This document shows, in pieces, positions 39,935 to 50,218 of a DNA stretch of 64,000 nucleotides (positions are counted from its first letter, which is position 1; the number at the start of each line of letters is the position of its first letter). The stretch lies in the IMG/VR virus record IMGVR_UViG_3300021091_000015. One strand, 5' to 3'. Below the pieces are notes generated by a model. That model was not told where the DNA came from. It searched no databases and worked only from the letters and a program-made list of their open reading frames with translations. The position numbers and the translations under genes are program-made. This DNA is from a virus.

Positions 39935-40707
39935 GAATACTAATTACAGGAGCAAATGGATACATAGGTAAATCATTGTTTGAAAGTTTAAAAAATCAAT
40001 TTAATGTTGTTGGGATATCGAGAAAAGATTTTGATTTAACCGACTCTTTTGAAACTTTGAAATTTTTTTCAGACAAATATTTCGATGTTGTTTTACATTG
40101 CGCAGTAATTGGAGGAAGTAGACTAAAAAAAGATGATTTTCAAATAATGGATGAGAATTTGAAGATGTATTTTAATCTTTTAGGTTGTAAAAATCGGTTT
40201 GATAGATTTATTAATTTGGGTTCGGGTGCAGAAATTTTCAATAGTGAGTCACCATATGGTTTAAGTAAAAAAGTTATCCATAATTCCATTTTAGAAAAAG
40301 ATAATTTTTTTAATATAAGATTGTTTGCAGTTTTTGATGAAAACGAGATTGACACAAGATTTATAAAGTCGAATATAGTAAGATACATCAAGGAGGAGCC
40401 ATTTGTTTTATATGAAAATAAAGAAATGGATTTTTTTTATATGGAAGACTTTACAAGGTTGGTAAAATATTTTATCTTTAGTGATAAAGATATTCTACCA
40501 AAAATTCATGAATGTACTTACAATAAAACCTTTAAAACTATAGAAATTCTACAGATGATAAATAATTTAGGTGAGTTCAAATCACCAACCCTTAACGACT
40601 CTATAATAGGTAAAAAATATTGCGGAAATTTTATTGATTTAGGAATTGAGTATGTTGGATTAGAACAAGGAATAAAAAACACGTATAACAGATTACGAAA
40701 CAAATGA
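39931..40707 (+). CDS. NAD-dependent epimerase/reductase (SDR)
   Basis: TGANGYIG, YGLSK. Confidence 0.8.
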   Translation: MRILITGANGYIGKSLFESLKNQFNVVGISRKDFDLTDSFETLKFFSDKYFDVVLHCAVIGGSRLKKDDFQIMDENLKMYFNLLGCKNRFDRFINLGSGAEIFNSESPYGLSKKVIHNSILEKDNFFNIRLFAVFDENEIDTRFIKSNIVRYIKEEPFVLYENKEMDFFYMEDFTRLVKYFIFSDKDILPKIHECTYNKTFKTIEILQMINNLGEFKSPTLNDSIIGKKYCGNFIDLGIEYVGLEQGIKNTYNRLRNK

Positions 40708-40720
40708 AATAAATAAAGAG

Positions 40721-42430
40721 TTGGTGATGAATCAAGAGATTAATAAAAATTTAACTATTGTTACTGGTTTATGGAATATTGGTAGACCGGGGAGGGATTT
40801 TACACATTATATTGAACACTTCAAAATGTTCTTAGATATTCCACAAAATTTATTCATTTATATACCAGCGGAATATGAATATTTGGTTTGGGAAAAACGA
40901 AGTAGAGAGAATACATATGTACGAATAACCGAATTGGAAGATATAAAAAGATTATACGACCCTTTTTGGAATAAAACTCAAGAAATAAGGACATGTCCTG
41001 ATTGGTTAAATCAAGCTGGTTGGTTATCGGGTTCACCACAAGCAGTTTTGGAATACTATAACCCAATAGTTCAATCTAAAATGTTTATGTTAAATGACGC
41101 GTCAATTTGGAATCCATTTGACACTGAGTATTTCTTTTGGTTAGATGCGGGAATTACAAATACTGTGCCTCACACACATATAACTGAAAATAACATCTTA
41201 AATAAATTACCTGAATATGGTAATCCATTTTTATTTTTAAGTTATCCATATCAAGCCGAAAATGAAATTCATGGTTTCACTTTTACTGAAATGAATAAGA
41301 TTGCACGAACGAAGGTAGAATATGTTTGTCGAGGTGGTTTGTTCGGTGGACACAAACAACAAATACACGAAGCAAATGCAACATATTATTCAATCTTGAC
41401 TAACACATTGAATACGGGTTACATGGGAACAGAGGAAAGTGTCTTTACTTTGATGTCATACAATGAACCTCACTTGTACAAAAGATTTGAATTAGATGGT
41501 AATGGTTTGATTGTGAAATTTACCCAAGCGATTATTGATAAAAAAGTAGATATCGTTGCACCTAAAATAACCCAATCCCAAAAATTTATTAAGTACACAG
41601 ATAGGGATGTTGAAAAGGTTAAAACAAATTTATACGTCTTAACATTTAATTTCGCTGAGCAGGTTTTACACACCATTACATCAATGGAAAAAACGCCCGA
41701 TTGGTTAAATAGACCGCATTTAGTTTTACTCGATAATTCAACAACCCAAGAATCTCGAGATAAAAATAGGGAAATCGCTGAAAGTTTTAAATTTGAATAT
41801 GTTAGTTTAGGGGGTAACACCGGTATTTGTGGAGGTAGACAAGCGGCGTCAGAACATTTTCATAATTCTGATGCTGATTTTATGTTCTTTTTTGAAGACG
41901 ATATGACCGTTAATCCTCCTGAAATTGAAGGTCAATTTTGTAGAAACGGATTTAGAAAATACATCCCCAATCTTTACAATTTGGTTCACAGAATAATGTT
42001 AAAAGAACAATTTGATTTTCTTAAATTGTCATTTACTGAAGTATATTTTGATAACGACAAACAATGTTCTTGGTACAATGTGCCACAAACAATTAGAACA
42101 AGAGATTGGCCCAACTATGATAAATTACCTGTGACAGGTTTAGACCCAAATGTACCATTAACTAATTTTAAGAATATTAAAAGTATGGATGGATTATCTT
42201 ATATCGACGGTGAAATTTATTATGCAAATTGGCCAATGATTGTTAGTAAAGAAGGTAATTATAAAATGTTCATAGAAACAAAATGGGCACATCCATTTGA
42301 ACAAACGTGGATGTCATATATGTATCAATTAACAAAAGAAAATAAACTAAGACCTGCGGTATTATTAGCGTCACCGATTTGGCATGATAGAATTAAACAC
42401 TATCAACCCGACGAAAGAAGAGAAAATTAA
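40721..42430 (+). CDS. HtrL/WlaTC-like glycosyltransferase fused to a GT2-like domain
   Basis: TIVTGLWNIGR, WLDAG, GGLFGG, GTEE; C-terminal LDNS...N.G..GGR...FFEDD. Confidence 0.7.
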   Translation: MVMNQEINKNLTIVTGLWNIGRPGRDFTHYIEHFKMFLDIPQNLFIYIPAEYEYLVWEKRSRENTYVRITELEDIKRLYDPFWNKTQEIRTCPDWLNQAGWLSGSPQAVLEYYNPIVQSKMFMLNDASIWNPFDTEYFFWLDAGITNTVPHTHITENNILNKLPEYGNPFLFLSYPYQAENEIHGFTFTEMNKIARTKVEYVCRGGLFGGHKQQIHEANATYYSILTNTLNTGYMGTEESVFTLMSYNEPHLYKRFELDGNGLIVKFTQAIIDKKVDIVAPKITQSQKFIKYTDRDVEKVKTNLYVLTFNFAEQVLHTITSMEKTPDWLNRPHLVLLDNSTTQESRDKNREIAESFKFEYVSLGGNTGICGGRQAASEHFHNSDADFMFFFEDDMTVNPPEIEGQFCRNGFRKYIPNLYNLVHRIMLKEQFDFLKLSFTEVYFDNDKQCSWYNVPQTIRTRDWPNYDKLPVTGLDPNVPLTNFKNIKSMDGLSYIDGEIYYANWPMIVSKEGNYKMFIETKWAHPFEQTWMSYMYQLTKENKLRPAVLLASPIWHDRIKHYQPDERREN

Positions 42431-42435
42431 ATTTT

Positions 42436-43233
42436 ATGAAAATTGGAGTCATTGGTATTGGTGTTGTGGGTCAAGCAATTAAAGATGGGTTTGAATATAT
42501 TGGACACGAAGTATCTATTTACGATATAAAAATGCCTGAGACAAAAATAGAGGATGTTTTAGGTTGTGAAATCGTATACTTAACGGTTAGTACGATAATT
42601 GGTTTAAATGAAGAATGTGATTTATCCGCGGTAAGCAGTGTGGTGAGTCAATTAGATGAATTAAACTATAACGGTTTAATTGCAATAAAAAGCACGGTAG
42701 AACCTGGAACAACTAATAAATTAAAATTAGTTTATCCAAATTGTAGATTTGTTTTTGTACCGGAATTTTTAAAAGAAAGATGCGCATATAATGATTTTGT
42801 ATTTAATAATAACATACTTGTAGTTGGGACTGAAAATGATATCGATTATAACTTAATTGTTGAAAGTCATGGTAATTTACCTATTCATAGGGTAAAAATG
42901 AAAATTGTTGAAGCTGAATTAATGAAGTATTTTTCAAACACTTATAAAGCAACAAAAATTACATTTGCGAATTCATTCCACAAAGTTTGTCAACATTTTG
43001 GAGCTAATTATGGCGCGATTAAAGATGCGTTTTTATTTCACGGAGTGGGTGAAAGTCATTATTTGAACGTAAATGAAGAGTTTGGTGGATACGCGGGCCC
43101 TTGTTTACCTAAGGACACCAAAGCTATGAAAGTTCTTTGTAAAAAATATAATATCGATGTTGACATTTTCAAATTTATTGATGAGGAAAATGATAAATTT
43201 ATAAAAAAGGTCCCAAAAGGGATGAGAAAATAA
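42436..43233 (+). CDS. UDP-glucose/GDP-mannose dehydrogenase family (short form)
   Basis: GIGVVG, KSTVEPGT, PEFL, AE..KY..N...A.K..FAN, GYAGPCLPKD. Confidence 0.85.
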   Translation: MKIGVIGIGVVGQAIKDGFEYIGHEVSIYDIKMPETKIEDVLGCEIVYLTVSTIIGLNEECDLSAVSSVVSQLDELNYNGLIAIKSTVEPGTTNKLKLVYPNCRFVFVPEFLKERCAYNDFVFNNNILVVGTENDIDYNLIVESHGNLPIHRVKMKIVEAELMKYFSNTYKATKITFANSFHKVCQHFGANYGAIKDAFLFHGVGESHYLNVNEEFGGYAGPCLPKDTKAMKVLCKKYNIDVDIFKFIDEENDKFIKKVPKGMRK

Positions 43234-44166
43234 GTGAGAATTTTAGTCACAGGAGCCGCTGGATTTTTAGGTTCACATTTATGTGATTCTCTTTTAAGTA
43301 ATGGACATCAAGTTATTGGTGTTGATAATTTTTTCAGAGGTAAAAAATCAAATTTACCGATTCATGATAATTTTAGGTTTTACGAAATTGATTTAAGGAA
43401 TTTAAGTCAAACAAAGATTATGATGAATACCGAGTATCCTGAAATTGTTGTACACTATGCAGCAATCAACGGAACAAAGTATTTTTATGACATACCGTAC
43501 AAAGTTTGTAATGATAATATTCTTTTAACACAAAACATTTTAGAATCCTGTGGAAAGTCAGTTAGAAAAGTTGTTTATGCGTCGTCTTCTGAAGTATATG
43601 GTCCCGAACCTAAAGTCCCAACAAAAGAAACTGAATATATAATTTTAGATTCATTATCCGATAGAGATTCTTATGCGTCATCAAAAGCAATAGGTGAGTA
43701 TTTGGTTAGATTATGGGCTAGGGAAAATCAAAAAAATTATCTAATCGTTAGACCATTCAATACCTATGGACCAAGAATGGCAACAAACGGTTACGGACAA
43801 GTTATACCTGAATTTATAGAAAGAATTAAATCGAGCGAACAATTTTACTTGTTTGGTGATGGTAAACAAACTCGTTCTTTTTGTTATGTTACAAACCATA
43901 CCGACATAATGAATCAATTGATTGAAAATGTTAATGATAAAATTTTAAATATTGGTTTTGACGAAGAGGTGACAATAAATGAATTATCAAAAGTAATTCA
44001 CGAAATCATGGGTATTGAGTTCAACGTTATCTATAAAGAAGGTTGGAAGAACGATACTAAATGGAGAAAACCTGATTTAGATGAATTAAAAAATTGTACA
44101 AATTATAATAATTTTATACAATTAAAAGATGGTATTAAAAAAATGTTAGATTATCCGAATATTTAA
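43234..44166 (+). CDS. NAD-dependent epimerase / UDP-glucuronate decarboxylase-like
   Basis: TGAAGFLGSH, ASSSEVYG, YASSK, FNTYGPRM, GDGKQTRSFCY. Confidence 0.85.
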   Translation: MRILVTGAAGFLGSHLCDSLLSNGHQVIGVDNFFRGKKSNLPIHDNFRFYEIDLRNLSQTKIMMNTEYPEIVVHYAAINGTKYFYDIPYKVCNDNILLTQNILESCGKSVRKVVYASSSEVYGPEPKVPTKETEYIILDSLSDRDSYASSKAIGEYLVRLWARENQKNYLIVRPFNTYGPRMATNGYGQVIPEFIERIKSSEQFYLFGDGKQTRSFCYVTNHTDIMNQLIENVNDKILNIGFDEEVTINELSKVIHEIMGIEFNVIYKEGWKNDTKWRKPDLDELKNCTNYNNFIQLKDGIKKMLDYPNI

Positions 44167-44222
44167 TATAAACCCCGACTAATAGTCATAAGTATTTTAA
44201 TACACCTATATGGACCCCGATA

Positions 44223-44453
44223 GTGATACACAAACTGAAACACAAGGAGACAAGATTGACCCTTTATCGAGATACATCTCTAATGTTAGCGATGTTCTTT
44301 CTCCCATTTGGGTACGACGCTTCATTCAAGTTGTTGATGGAGGTCACTGGCTCGTATTGGGTTGCAGATATAATTTTTTACTTTATTTCAGGATGTTTTT
44401 GGTTATCGTATATATTTTTTACTCGAACATTATCTTCTAAAAAGGATAATTGA
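44223..44453 (+). CDS. Small 2-TM membrane protein
   Basis: Two hydrophobic segments. Confidence 0.5.
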   Translation: MIHKLKHKETRLTLYRDTSLMLAMFFLPFGYDASFKLLMEVTGSYWVADIIFYFISGCFWLSYIFFTRTLSSKKDN

Positions 44454-44772
44454 CATCTTTCAGTTTTGATTCTAATAATCTAAAACATTCATAAAAACCC
44501 TCTACTTCAATCAATTCTCTATTTGATTGAGAGTCTTGACAAGGAAAAAATATCTTGCCATCATTTAATGACAAACTATAAACCCAATTATTCCTTGTCA
44601 TCATTTCTACAGTAAGATAGATACCGTTTTTATCAAAAAATTTGTACAATTTCTTAATGTCGTAATATCGAAGAACCGATAAGCATGGTAAACCAACGTT
44701 AGGAAACATCATTTTAGAAAAGATGTTTAACGCTCTCGGATATAAATATTTAATGGTATACCAATCCATCAT
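44437..44772 (-). CDS. Hypothetical protein
   Basis: ORF. Confidence 0.55.
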   Translation of the reverse strand: MMDWYTIKYLYPRALNIFSKMMFPNVGLPCLSVLRYYDIKKLYKFFDKNGIYLTVEMMTRNNWVYSLSLNDGKIFFPCQDSQSNRELIEVEGFYECFRLLESKLKDVNYPF

Positions 44773-44852
44773 ATCAGTAATTATTTGAAATAAGATATTA
44801 ATTCAATTTTTTTTTTCAATGATAAATTACCATACCAACAATATTTATTAAT

Positions 44853-45221
44853 ATGGATTTTTTAAGTGACAAAAAAAAAGATAAAATTAGTGAGTTTGTT
44901 AAGTTTGTTAAAATCGAACTAAACTTAGAGAAGTGCCCTGTTGTTATTTTACAAAATGGTAGAGGTGAACTAAAAACCACAGCGAGTTACAATTATTTAA
45001 AGGACCCAAAAATAATTCGAGTTAATGTTAAAAATAGAGCTTTGGTTGACGTGTTAAGAAGTATCGCTCACGAAATGATTCACCATAAACAATATGAACA
45101 AGGTAGACTAAAAGTACAACCACCTGACATAGGGGGTGAAATTGAAGATGAAGCCAATTCTAAAGCTGGACAATACATAAAGATGTTTTCCAAGAAAGAT
45201 AATACAATATATGATGAGTAA
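44853..45221 (+). CDS. HEXXH zincin-like protein
   Basis: LRSIAHEMIHHKQ...IEDEAN; ATATTTAT at 44841. Confidence 0.7.
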   Translation: MDFLSDKKKDKISEFVKFVKIELNLEKCPVVILQNGRGELKTTASYNYLKDPKIIRVNVKNRALVDVLRSIAHEMIHHKQYEQGRLKVQPPDIGGEIEDEANSKAGQYIKMFSKKDNTIYDE

Positions 45222-45222
45222 A

Positions 45223-45813
45223 TTATCTTAAAAAGGTTAAAATTACTTTCACAGTAACCGCCCTTTCTCTTGTCCCATCTGAAAGATATAAATCCGTAAT
45301 TATTTCAGGGCTCATTAAAATTAATTCATTTGGTGGTGCAACCCCAACATTATTCGTTTTAAAAGTGTAATCGGTTTTTAAACCAAGAGTATGGTCTAAA
45401 ATTGACATCCTTGTGTAGTTTGTGTACAAACCATTTGATGGGTAAGTAACCCAAAATGGTTCATGAGAGGGTTTTTGACCTCCTGGTTGAAACGACCAAT
45501 CACAATACAAATTATATCCATCAAACTCCCACATCGTTTTATTCTTAATAAACCTACGTGACAACGCGGTGTTTTTATAATTTTGTGACATTAAAGTCCC
45601 TCCACTAATAAAACTTTGTTGATTAAACGAATTGATACAAATGGTGTCGTTTTTTATAAGCTCAACTTGACTTTGGGAACTTATTACAACAACATCATAA
45701 TCAACAAAAGTCCATTTACCACCACCCATGTACAAAATTGGTTCACTTACTTCTTCATATTTCTGACAACTTGTAAGTAATAGTAAAATAAAAACATAAA
45801 ATAAATTTTTCAT
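45223..45813 (-). CDS. Lipoprotein
   Basis: Lipobox LLTS-C followed by QKYEE, similar to the Bacteroidota lipoprotein surface-export signal. Confidence 0.7.
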   Translation of the reverse strand: MKNLFYVFILLLLTSCQKYEEVSEPILYMGGGKWTFVDYDVVVISSQSQVELIKNDTICINSFNQQSFISGGTLMSQNYKNTALSRRFIKNKTMWEFDGYNLYCDWSFQPGGQKPSHEPFWVTYPSNGLYTNYTRMSILDHTLGLKTDYTFKTNNVGVAPPNELILMSPEIITDLYLSDGTRERAVTVKVILTFLR

Positions 45814-45897
45814 GATATTTAAAATTTCAGCTAAAATAGGTATATTTTTATACTATACAATAAATTTTTAAAGATTTTTTTTACTATTTATAAGGAT

Positions 45898-46152
45898 ATG
45901 AAGATTATAATCTCAGAAAAACAATATAAAAAAATTGTAGATAGTGCTCAATTAGATGAGCAAGGTAATGACCCATCCGCGGCACAACCGTCCAGTGGTG
46001 TTGGTAGTTCAGGTAGCAAACAAGGTTATCCTGAGGTTGGAAAATGGGAAAGCGGTGTAACTAGAGGGCCTGGCAATCAAATTGGTGTGACCAAATGGTC
46101 GGACGTGGTTGGTTCAGTTTTAAAAAGAGGTCATGGAAATCCACTCAAATAA
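45898..46152 (+). CDS. Small late protein with ISEKQY leader
   Basis: MKIIISEKQYKKIV...LDEQ; repeated W-S-V-RG-GN. Confidence 0.65.
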   Translation: MKIIISEKQYKKIVDSAQLDEQGNDPSAAQPSSGVGSSGSKQGYPEVGKWESGVTRGPGNQIGVTKWSDVVGSVLKRGHGNPLK

Positions 46153-46193
46153 ATGATATTTATATGATATTTATTATATAGAAACACAAAAAA

Positions 46194-47495
46194 ATGGATT
46201 TTACTGTTAGTAAAGATAGAAGATATGTACAACTAGAAACTATGGTTGTAGATTTAGAAACGGGAATAAAATTTGATTTAAATCACGCCCACCCATCCGT
46301 TGTTTGTGAAATGTTCAAAAATCAGTTTACACACAGTTACAAATATAAATTAATGGAATCTACTGATTTGTTTTCAAAGATGAAACAATTAATATACCCA
46401 CTAATCACACACGATAGAGGTATTGTTTCGGAATATGAAATAAGATTTGGTATGCATCTCATTTATGAATCAACCGAAGAATTTAGTCTGACTACATATA
46501 GAACAATTGAGGAATCTTGGGATTTTGTCAAAACAAAAATGTTAGAAGTATTCCCTGTCACACCTTCAGAATTGTTGGAAGGATGGTTGGATGATACGTG
46601 GGGAAAAGTCAAACAAGGGGCTTCATATGTTTGGGATAAAGTCAAACAAGCTGGTTCTTGGATTTTAAATAAAGGACTTCCTTGGTTTTTTGAAAAACTC
46701 GAAGCATTTTTATTGAATCCCGTAACCATTGGTATTGAAGTTGCATTAATGGCAATAGGTGTGGGTAAAATCGCGGGAGCAATCTTATGGGGCGCTCTTG
46801 GAATATGGAAAATATATCAACTGTTCACAGGTAAAATTGAAAATAGCATATGGTCTTATCTTGATATTGGTGTTTGTCTTCTTGGTTTACTTTTAACAGG
46901 TGGCGCTGCAAAGGCCTTAGGTGGTGCAATAAAAGCAACAGGTAGAAGTATTGCTAAATTAGCAAAATTACCTGGTATCAAACAATTATTACAACTTTTA
47001 GGAAAGGGTGTTAGTTTCATTAGTAATATGATTTTAAAACCAATTGAATGGTTGGCAAAAACTTTGGGTGGTTCTAAGGTAACAGAAATGATAAACATCG
47101 CTAAGAATAAAATTGGTGAGGTTGTTAAAAAACTACAAAATGCCTTTAGTAAAGCTGCAGAGGGGCCAGGTCTTGGTAAAACAATAGTTCAAGGTGTTAA
47201 AACTGATGTTGTTAATCCATTAAAAACCGCACTAAAAACTAAAACCGCAGCGGAATTAGAGAGGGCAGCATTTAAAGGTGCTAAAACAGGTACCGCATTT
47301 GCTCTTGGTATGAAAGGTGTGGAGAAATATGCGGAAAGTAAGGCTAAAGAAGATGAAAATAAATTAAAACAAGAGAAAGCAAAAGCTGACCAAGCAATTG
47401 CCCAATACGCAAGTAATGACGAAACCTTAAAACAGGCGGCACAAACCGATATGCAGGCTTTAATCAATAAATTTAAACAAATGGATAATCAATAA
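46194..47495 (+). CDS. Putative virion/ejection protein with hydrophobic helical hairpins
   Basis: Tandem ATATTTAT at 46157/46167; LLEG site followed by W-rich amphipathic and TM segments. Confidence 0.6.
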   Translation: MDFTVSKDRRYVQLETMVVDLETGIKFDLNHAHPSVVCEMFKNQFTHSYKYKLMESTDLFSKMKQLIYPLITHDRGIVSEYEIRFGMHLIYESTEEFSLTTYRTIEESWDFVKTKMLEVFPVTPSELLEGWLDDTWGKVKQGASYVWDKVKQAGSWILNKGLPWFFEKLEAFLLNPVTIGIEVALMAIGVGKIAGAILWGALGIWKIYQLFTGKIENSIWSYLDIGVCLLGLLLTGGAAKALGGAIKATGRSIAKLAKLPGIKQLLQLLGKGVSFISNMILKPIEWLAKTLGGSKVTEMINIAKNKIGEVVKKLQNAFSKAAEGPGLGKTIVQGVKTDVVNPLKTALKTKTAAELERAAFKGAKTGTAFALGMKGVEKYAESKAKEDENKLKQEKAKADQAIAQYASNDETLKQAAQTDMQALINKFKQMDNQ

Positions 47496-47510
47496 ATTAA
47501 AAATAAAAAA

Positions 47511-49604
47511 ATGGAAAACAAAGACGCAATCCTAATAAGAAAGTATCTGACTCTAATGGAGTCAATTGATAATAAAGTTAAATCAAAAACAGAAGAACCT
47601 CTTAATGAACAGTTAAGAATGTTCCAAGATTTGGTAAAAACCTTAGCAAGAACAGTTGAAGTGGAAAAAGCGTTATGGCAAACACTTAAAACTGAAATTC
47701 CAGCAATTGGAAATAAATTTAAAAGTGCCGCAGAATTTAAAGCAGCCGCTGAGGCTGGTAAAATTACCTCTGTTGAGTCTGCAGAAATTGTAAAATATGC
47801 AATCAAGAATGTTCCTGAAGTTGCAATTAAAATGAAAGGACTTTTAAGAACTCAACCTGAATTTAAGGAAATTGCAAAACAAGTATTTCCAAAAGGAACA
47901 CAAATGGCTGCAGATGCGTCTAAACTAAAGTTAGCACAAGAAACAATGGCTAAATTTGGTATTGAGGGTAAAGAAGCTGAGGCTATGTTGAAAAAAGCAG
48001 CACAAGATGCGGGTGGTTCTACTAAAGTTACCGCGAAAGCTGTAGACAAGGCAGTCGCAAAAAGGGCTGGTGATACCACCAAAAAAGCCACAGGAGCGGG
48101 TAAAGATGCTGCTAAGACGGCTGAGGAAGCTTCTAAAATCTCAAAAGGTAAAGAAGTTATGATTGCTGGTGGTGGTAAAAAATACCACGAGTGGTTGAAA
48201 AAAATGTGGGAAAAATTCGGTAAGAAAAAAACTGTTATCGAAGATGGTATTAAAAAAGTTACCGTTACTAAAAAATTATTACAATGGGCATTATTGGCCG
48301 GTGGTGCATACTTCATTTACTCTTTATTAACCGATTCAGACGGAAGTGACGTTGTTGTTGTTGATGAGGAGGGTAAAAAAGTTGACCCAAATTTAATCGA
48401 TGGAATGGCAGAATGTTTAAGAAACCTTATTGATAATGGTTCTGCACAAATTGAAGAATCATCTGACGGTTCCCCAATAGTTTATGTTAAAAACACAGGT
48501 AACTCAGAATACGATAGTTTAGGTGGGTTAAATTTCTACATGAATGGTAGAGTTATTAGTGATGATGCATCTAAAAGAGGTAATTGGAAATGTAAACAAG
48601 GTAAAATTCAAACAATTCCTGAATCATTTGTAATTAATGAACAATCCGAAACCGAAATGACAAACGACGTTGAGACAATGATTGATTTGTTAGACTTTCC
48701 GGTTTCGGGTGGTGACTTGGTACAGGCAAGAACATTATTGGCAAAATATGCAAAAAGTCCAAAAGGAAAAGATTTCTTACAATTATATAAAGACTCAGGA
48801 TTAGGAAGTGGTTCGTTAAAAAAATCATTAGATTACATCGCAACATTCCAAGCAAGTTCAGTTTTATCTAAAAATAAAATGTATGAACTTATTAAACAAA
48901 TCGAATCTGGTAAAACAGGTGGTGGTGAAAATCAAGGAGGTAATCAAACCGCAGATTTATCTGGTATTGAAATTACATGGGATGGTGAAAAGAAAAAAGA
49001 AGAAGGTGGAGGCGGTGACGGTGATAAACCAATACCAGTGCCTCAACCAATAAAATATTATCAATGTGATGCGTTCCCATTCAGATTTGGTTGTAAGAAT
49101 GAAAAAATTAGAGAAGTACAAAGATGTTTAGGGATGGAATCGAAATACCAAACGGGTAATTTTGGGCCATTAACTTTATCTCAAATGAGAAATAAATTTG
49201 GTATGGATGTTATTGATGAAATCACATATAATGGAATTATCAGTAAATGTAAAAAAGTATCACAAACAGGTACCACGGTTAATACAGGAACTACAATTGC
49301 TAGTACTGGAACAACCGTAACACCACCTGTACAGGGTGGTGGAACTGTTTCACCAAAACCAACATCAGGTGGAGACACAACTGTTAAACCTGAAGCCTCT
49401 TTAAATAGAAGAACTTGTAAAAATTTGTTTGACACAATTAACGATAGAGACCAATCCGCGGGTAAAGCAACTGCTACGGATAAAGAAAAACAACAACTTA
49501 AATTCTGTATGCAACAGTACAACTTTGGTGTTGGAAGTGGTGTAACTAGAATGAAGAGAAGATATGGACTAACATCTTCAGGTGGAGACAGAGGAATAAG
49601 ATAA
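47511..49604 (+). CDS. Large putative virion/ejection protein with TM segment and PG-binding-like motif
   Basis: LNEQ and INEQ sites; WALLAGGAYFIYSLL; IREVQRCLG...TGNFGPLT. Confidence 0.6.
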   Translation: MENKDAILIRKYLTLMESIDNKVKSKTEEPLNEQLRMFQDLVKTLARTVEVEKALWQTLKTEIPAIGNKFKSAAEFKAAAEAGKITSVESAEIVKYAIKNVPEVAIKMKGLLRTQPEFKEIAKQVFPKGTQMAADASKLKLAQETMAKFGIEGKEAEAMLKKAAQDAGGSTKVTAKAVDKAVAKRAGDTTKKATGAGKDAAKTAEEASKISKGKEVMIAGGGKKYHEWLKKMWEKFGKKKTVIEDGIKKVTVTKKLLQWALLAGGAYFIYSLLTDSDGSDVVVVDEEGKKVDPNLIDGMAECLRNLIDNGSAQIEESSDGSPIVYVKNTGNSEYDSLGGLNFYMNGRVISDDASKRGNWKCKQGKIQTIPESFVINEQSETEMTNDVETMIDLLDFPVSGGDLVQARTLLAKYAKSPKGKDFLQLYKDSGLGSGSLKKSLDYIATFQASSVLSKNKMYELIKQIESGKTGGGENQGGNQTADLSGIEITWDGEKKKEEGGGGDGDKPIPVPQPIKYYQCDAFPFRFGCKNEKIREVQRCLGMESKYQTGNFGPLTLSQMRNKFGMDVIDEITYNGIISKCKKVSQTGTTVNTGTTIASTGTTVTPPVQGGGTVSPKPTSGGDTTVKPEASLNRRTCKNLFDTINDRDQSAGKATATDKEKQQLKFCMQQYNFGVGSGVTRMKRRYGLTSSGGDRGIR

Positions 49605-49615
49605 AAATATAGACA

Positions 49616-50218
49616 ATGGAATTAAGGAAATACATTAAAGAAACTCTACTCGAAGAAAGAGAAAGAAAGTTGTACGAATCTTATGATGAATTAAATGACA
49701 TCAGAGATAAGGAGTATTTTCTTGAAAGATACTTTGTTATAACCTCTGGTCTTTTAAATGAAGGATATTCCTTTGAAGAAGTTGAGTCTGTACTTAATGA
49801 AGTTGAAAATCCATTATCGGGTCTTGACTTAACTGGTGATGATTTATTAAGTGCGGGTGGTTCGCAATTGAAAGAGTACGCAATCAATCTATTATTAACA
49901 TTTATTTTTGGTGGTAAGAATCAAGGAATGATTACAACCATCTCAGTGGTTTTTGCTGATTATGATGTTAGAGACATACTTAAACCTTTTAAAGATGAAC
50001 CGAATTGTATGTCTCATATGCCAAAAATGGTTGATGGGGTATTAGAAGCTTTATCAAGATATGTGGCAGGTTCTGCTGTTGGTGTAGATAGGAATAATTA
50101 CGGATTAAATTTAGGAGGTTTATCTTCAGGTTTTGCTGGAAATATATTTGGTGAAGTAATAAAAGATTCTAATATAGGTGAAACCATATCAGACAAAATA
50201 TGTAAATTTATTCACTAA
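49616..50218 (+). CDS. Hypothetical late protein
   Basis: IKETLLEE leader; in operon. Confidence 0.6.
   Translation: MELRKYIKETLLEERERKLYESYDELNDIRDKEYFLERYFVITSGLLNEGYSFEEVESVLNEVENPLSGLDLTGDDLLSAGGSQLKEYAINLLLTFIFGGKNQGMITTISVVFADYDVRDILKPFKDEPNCMSHMPKMVDGVLEALSRYVAGSAVGVDRNNYGLNLGGLSSGFAGNIFGEVIKDSNIGETISDKICKFIH

Noticed and set aside
29299-44166. Bacterial O-antigen/capsule locus (cellular origin of the window)
   Set aside because: No wzx/wzy/ABC export or priming transferase, and the flanks are phage-like (lysins, HNH, leader-tagged late genes)
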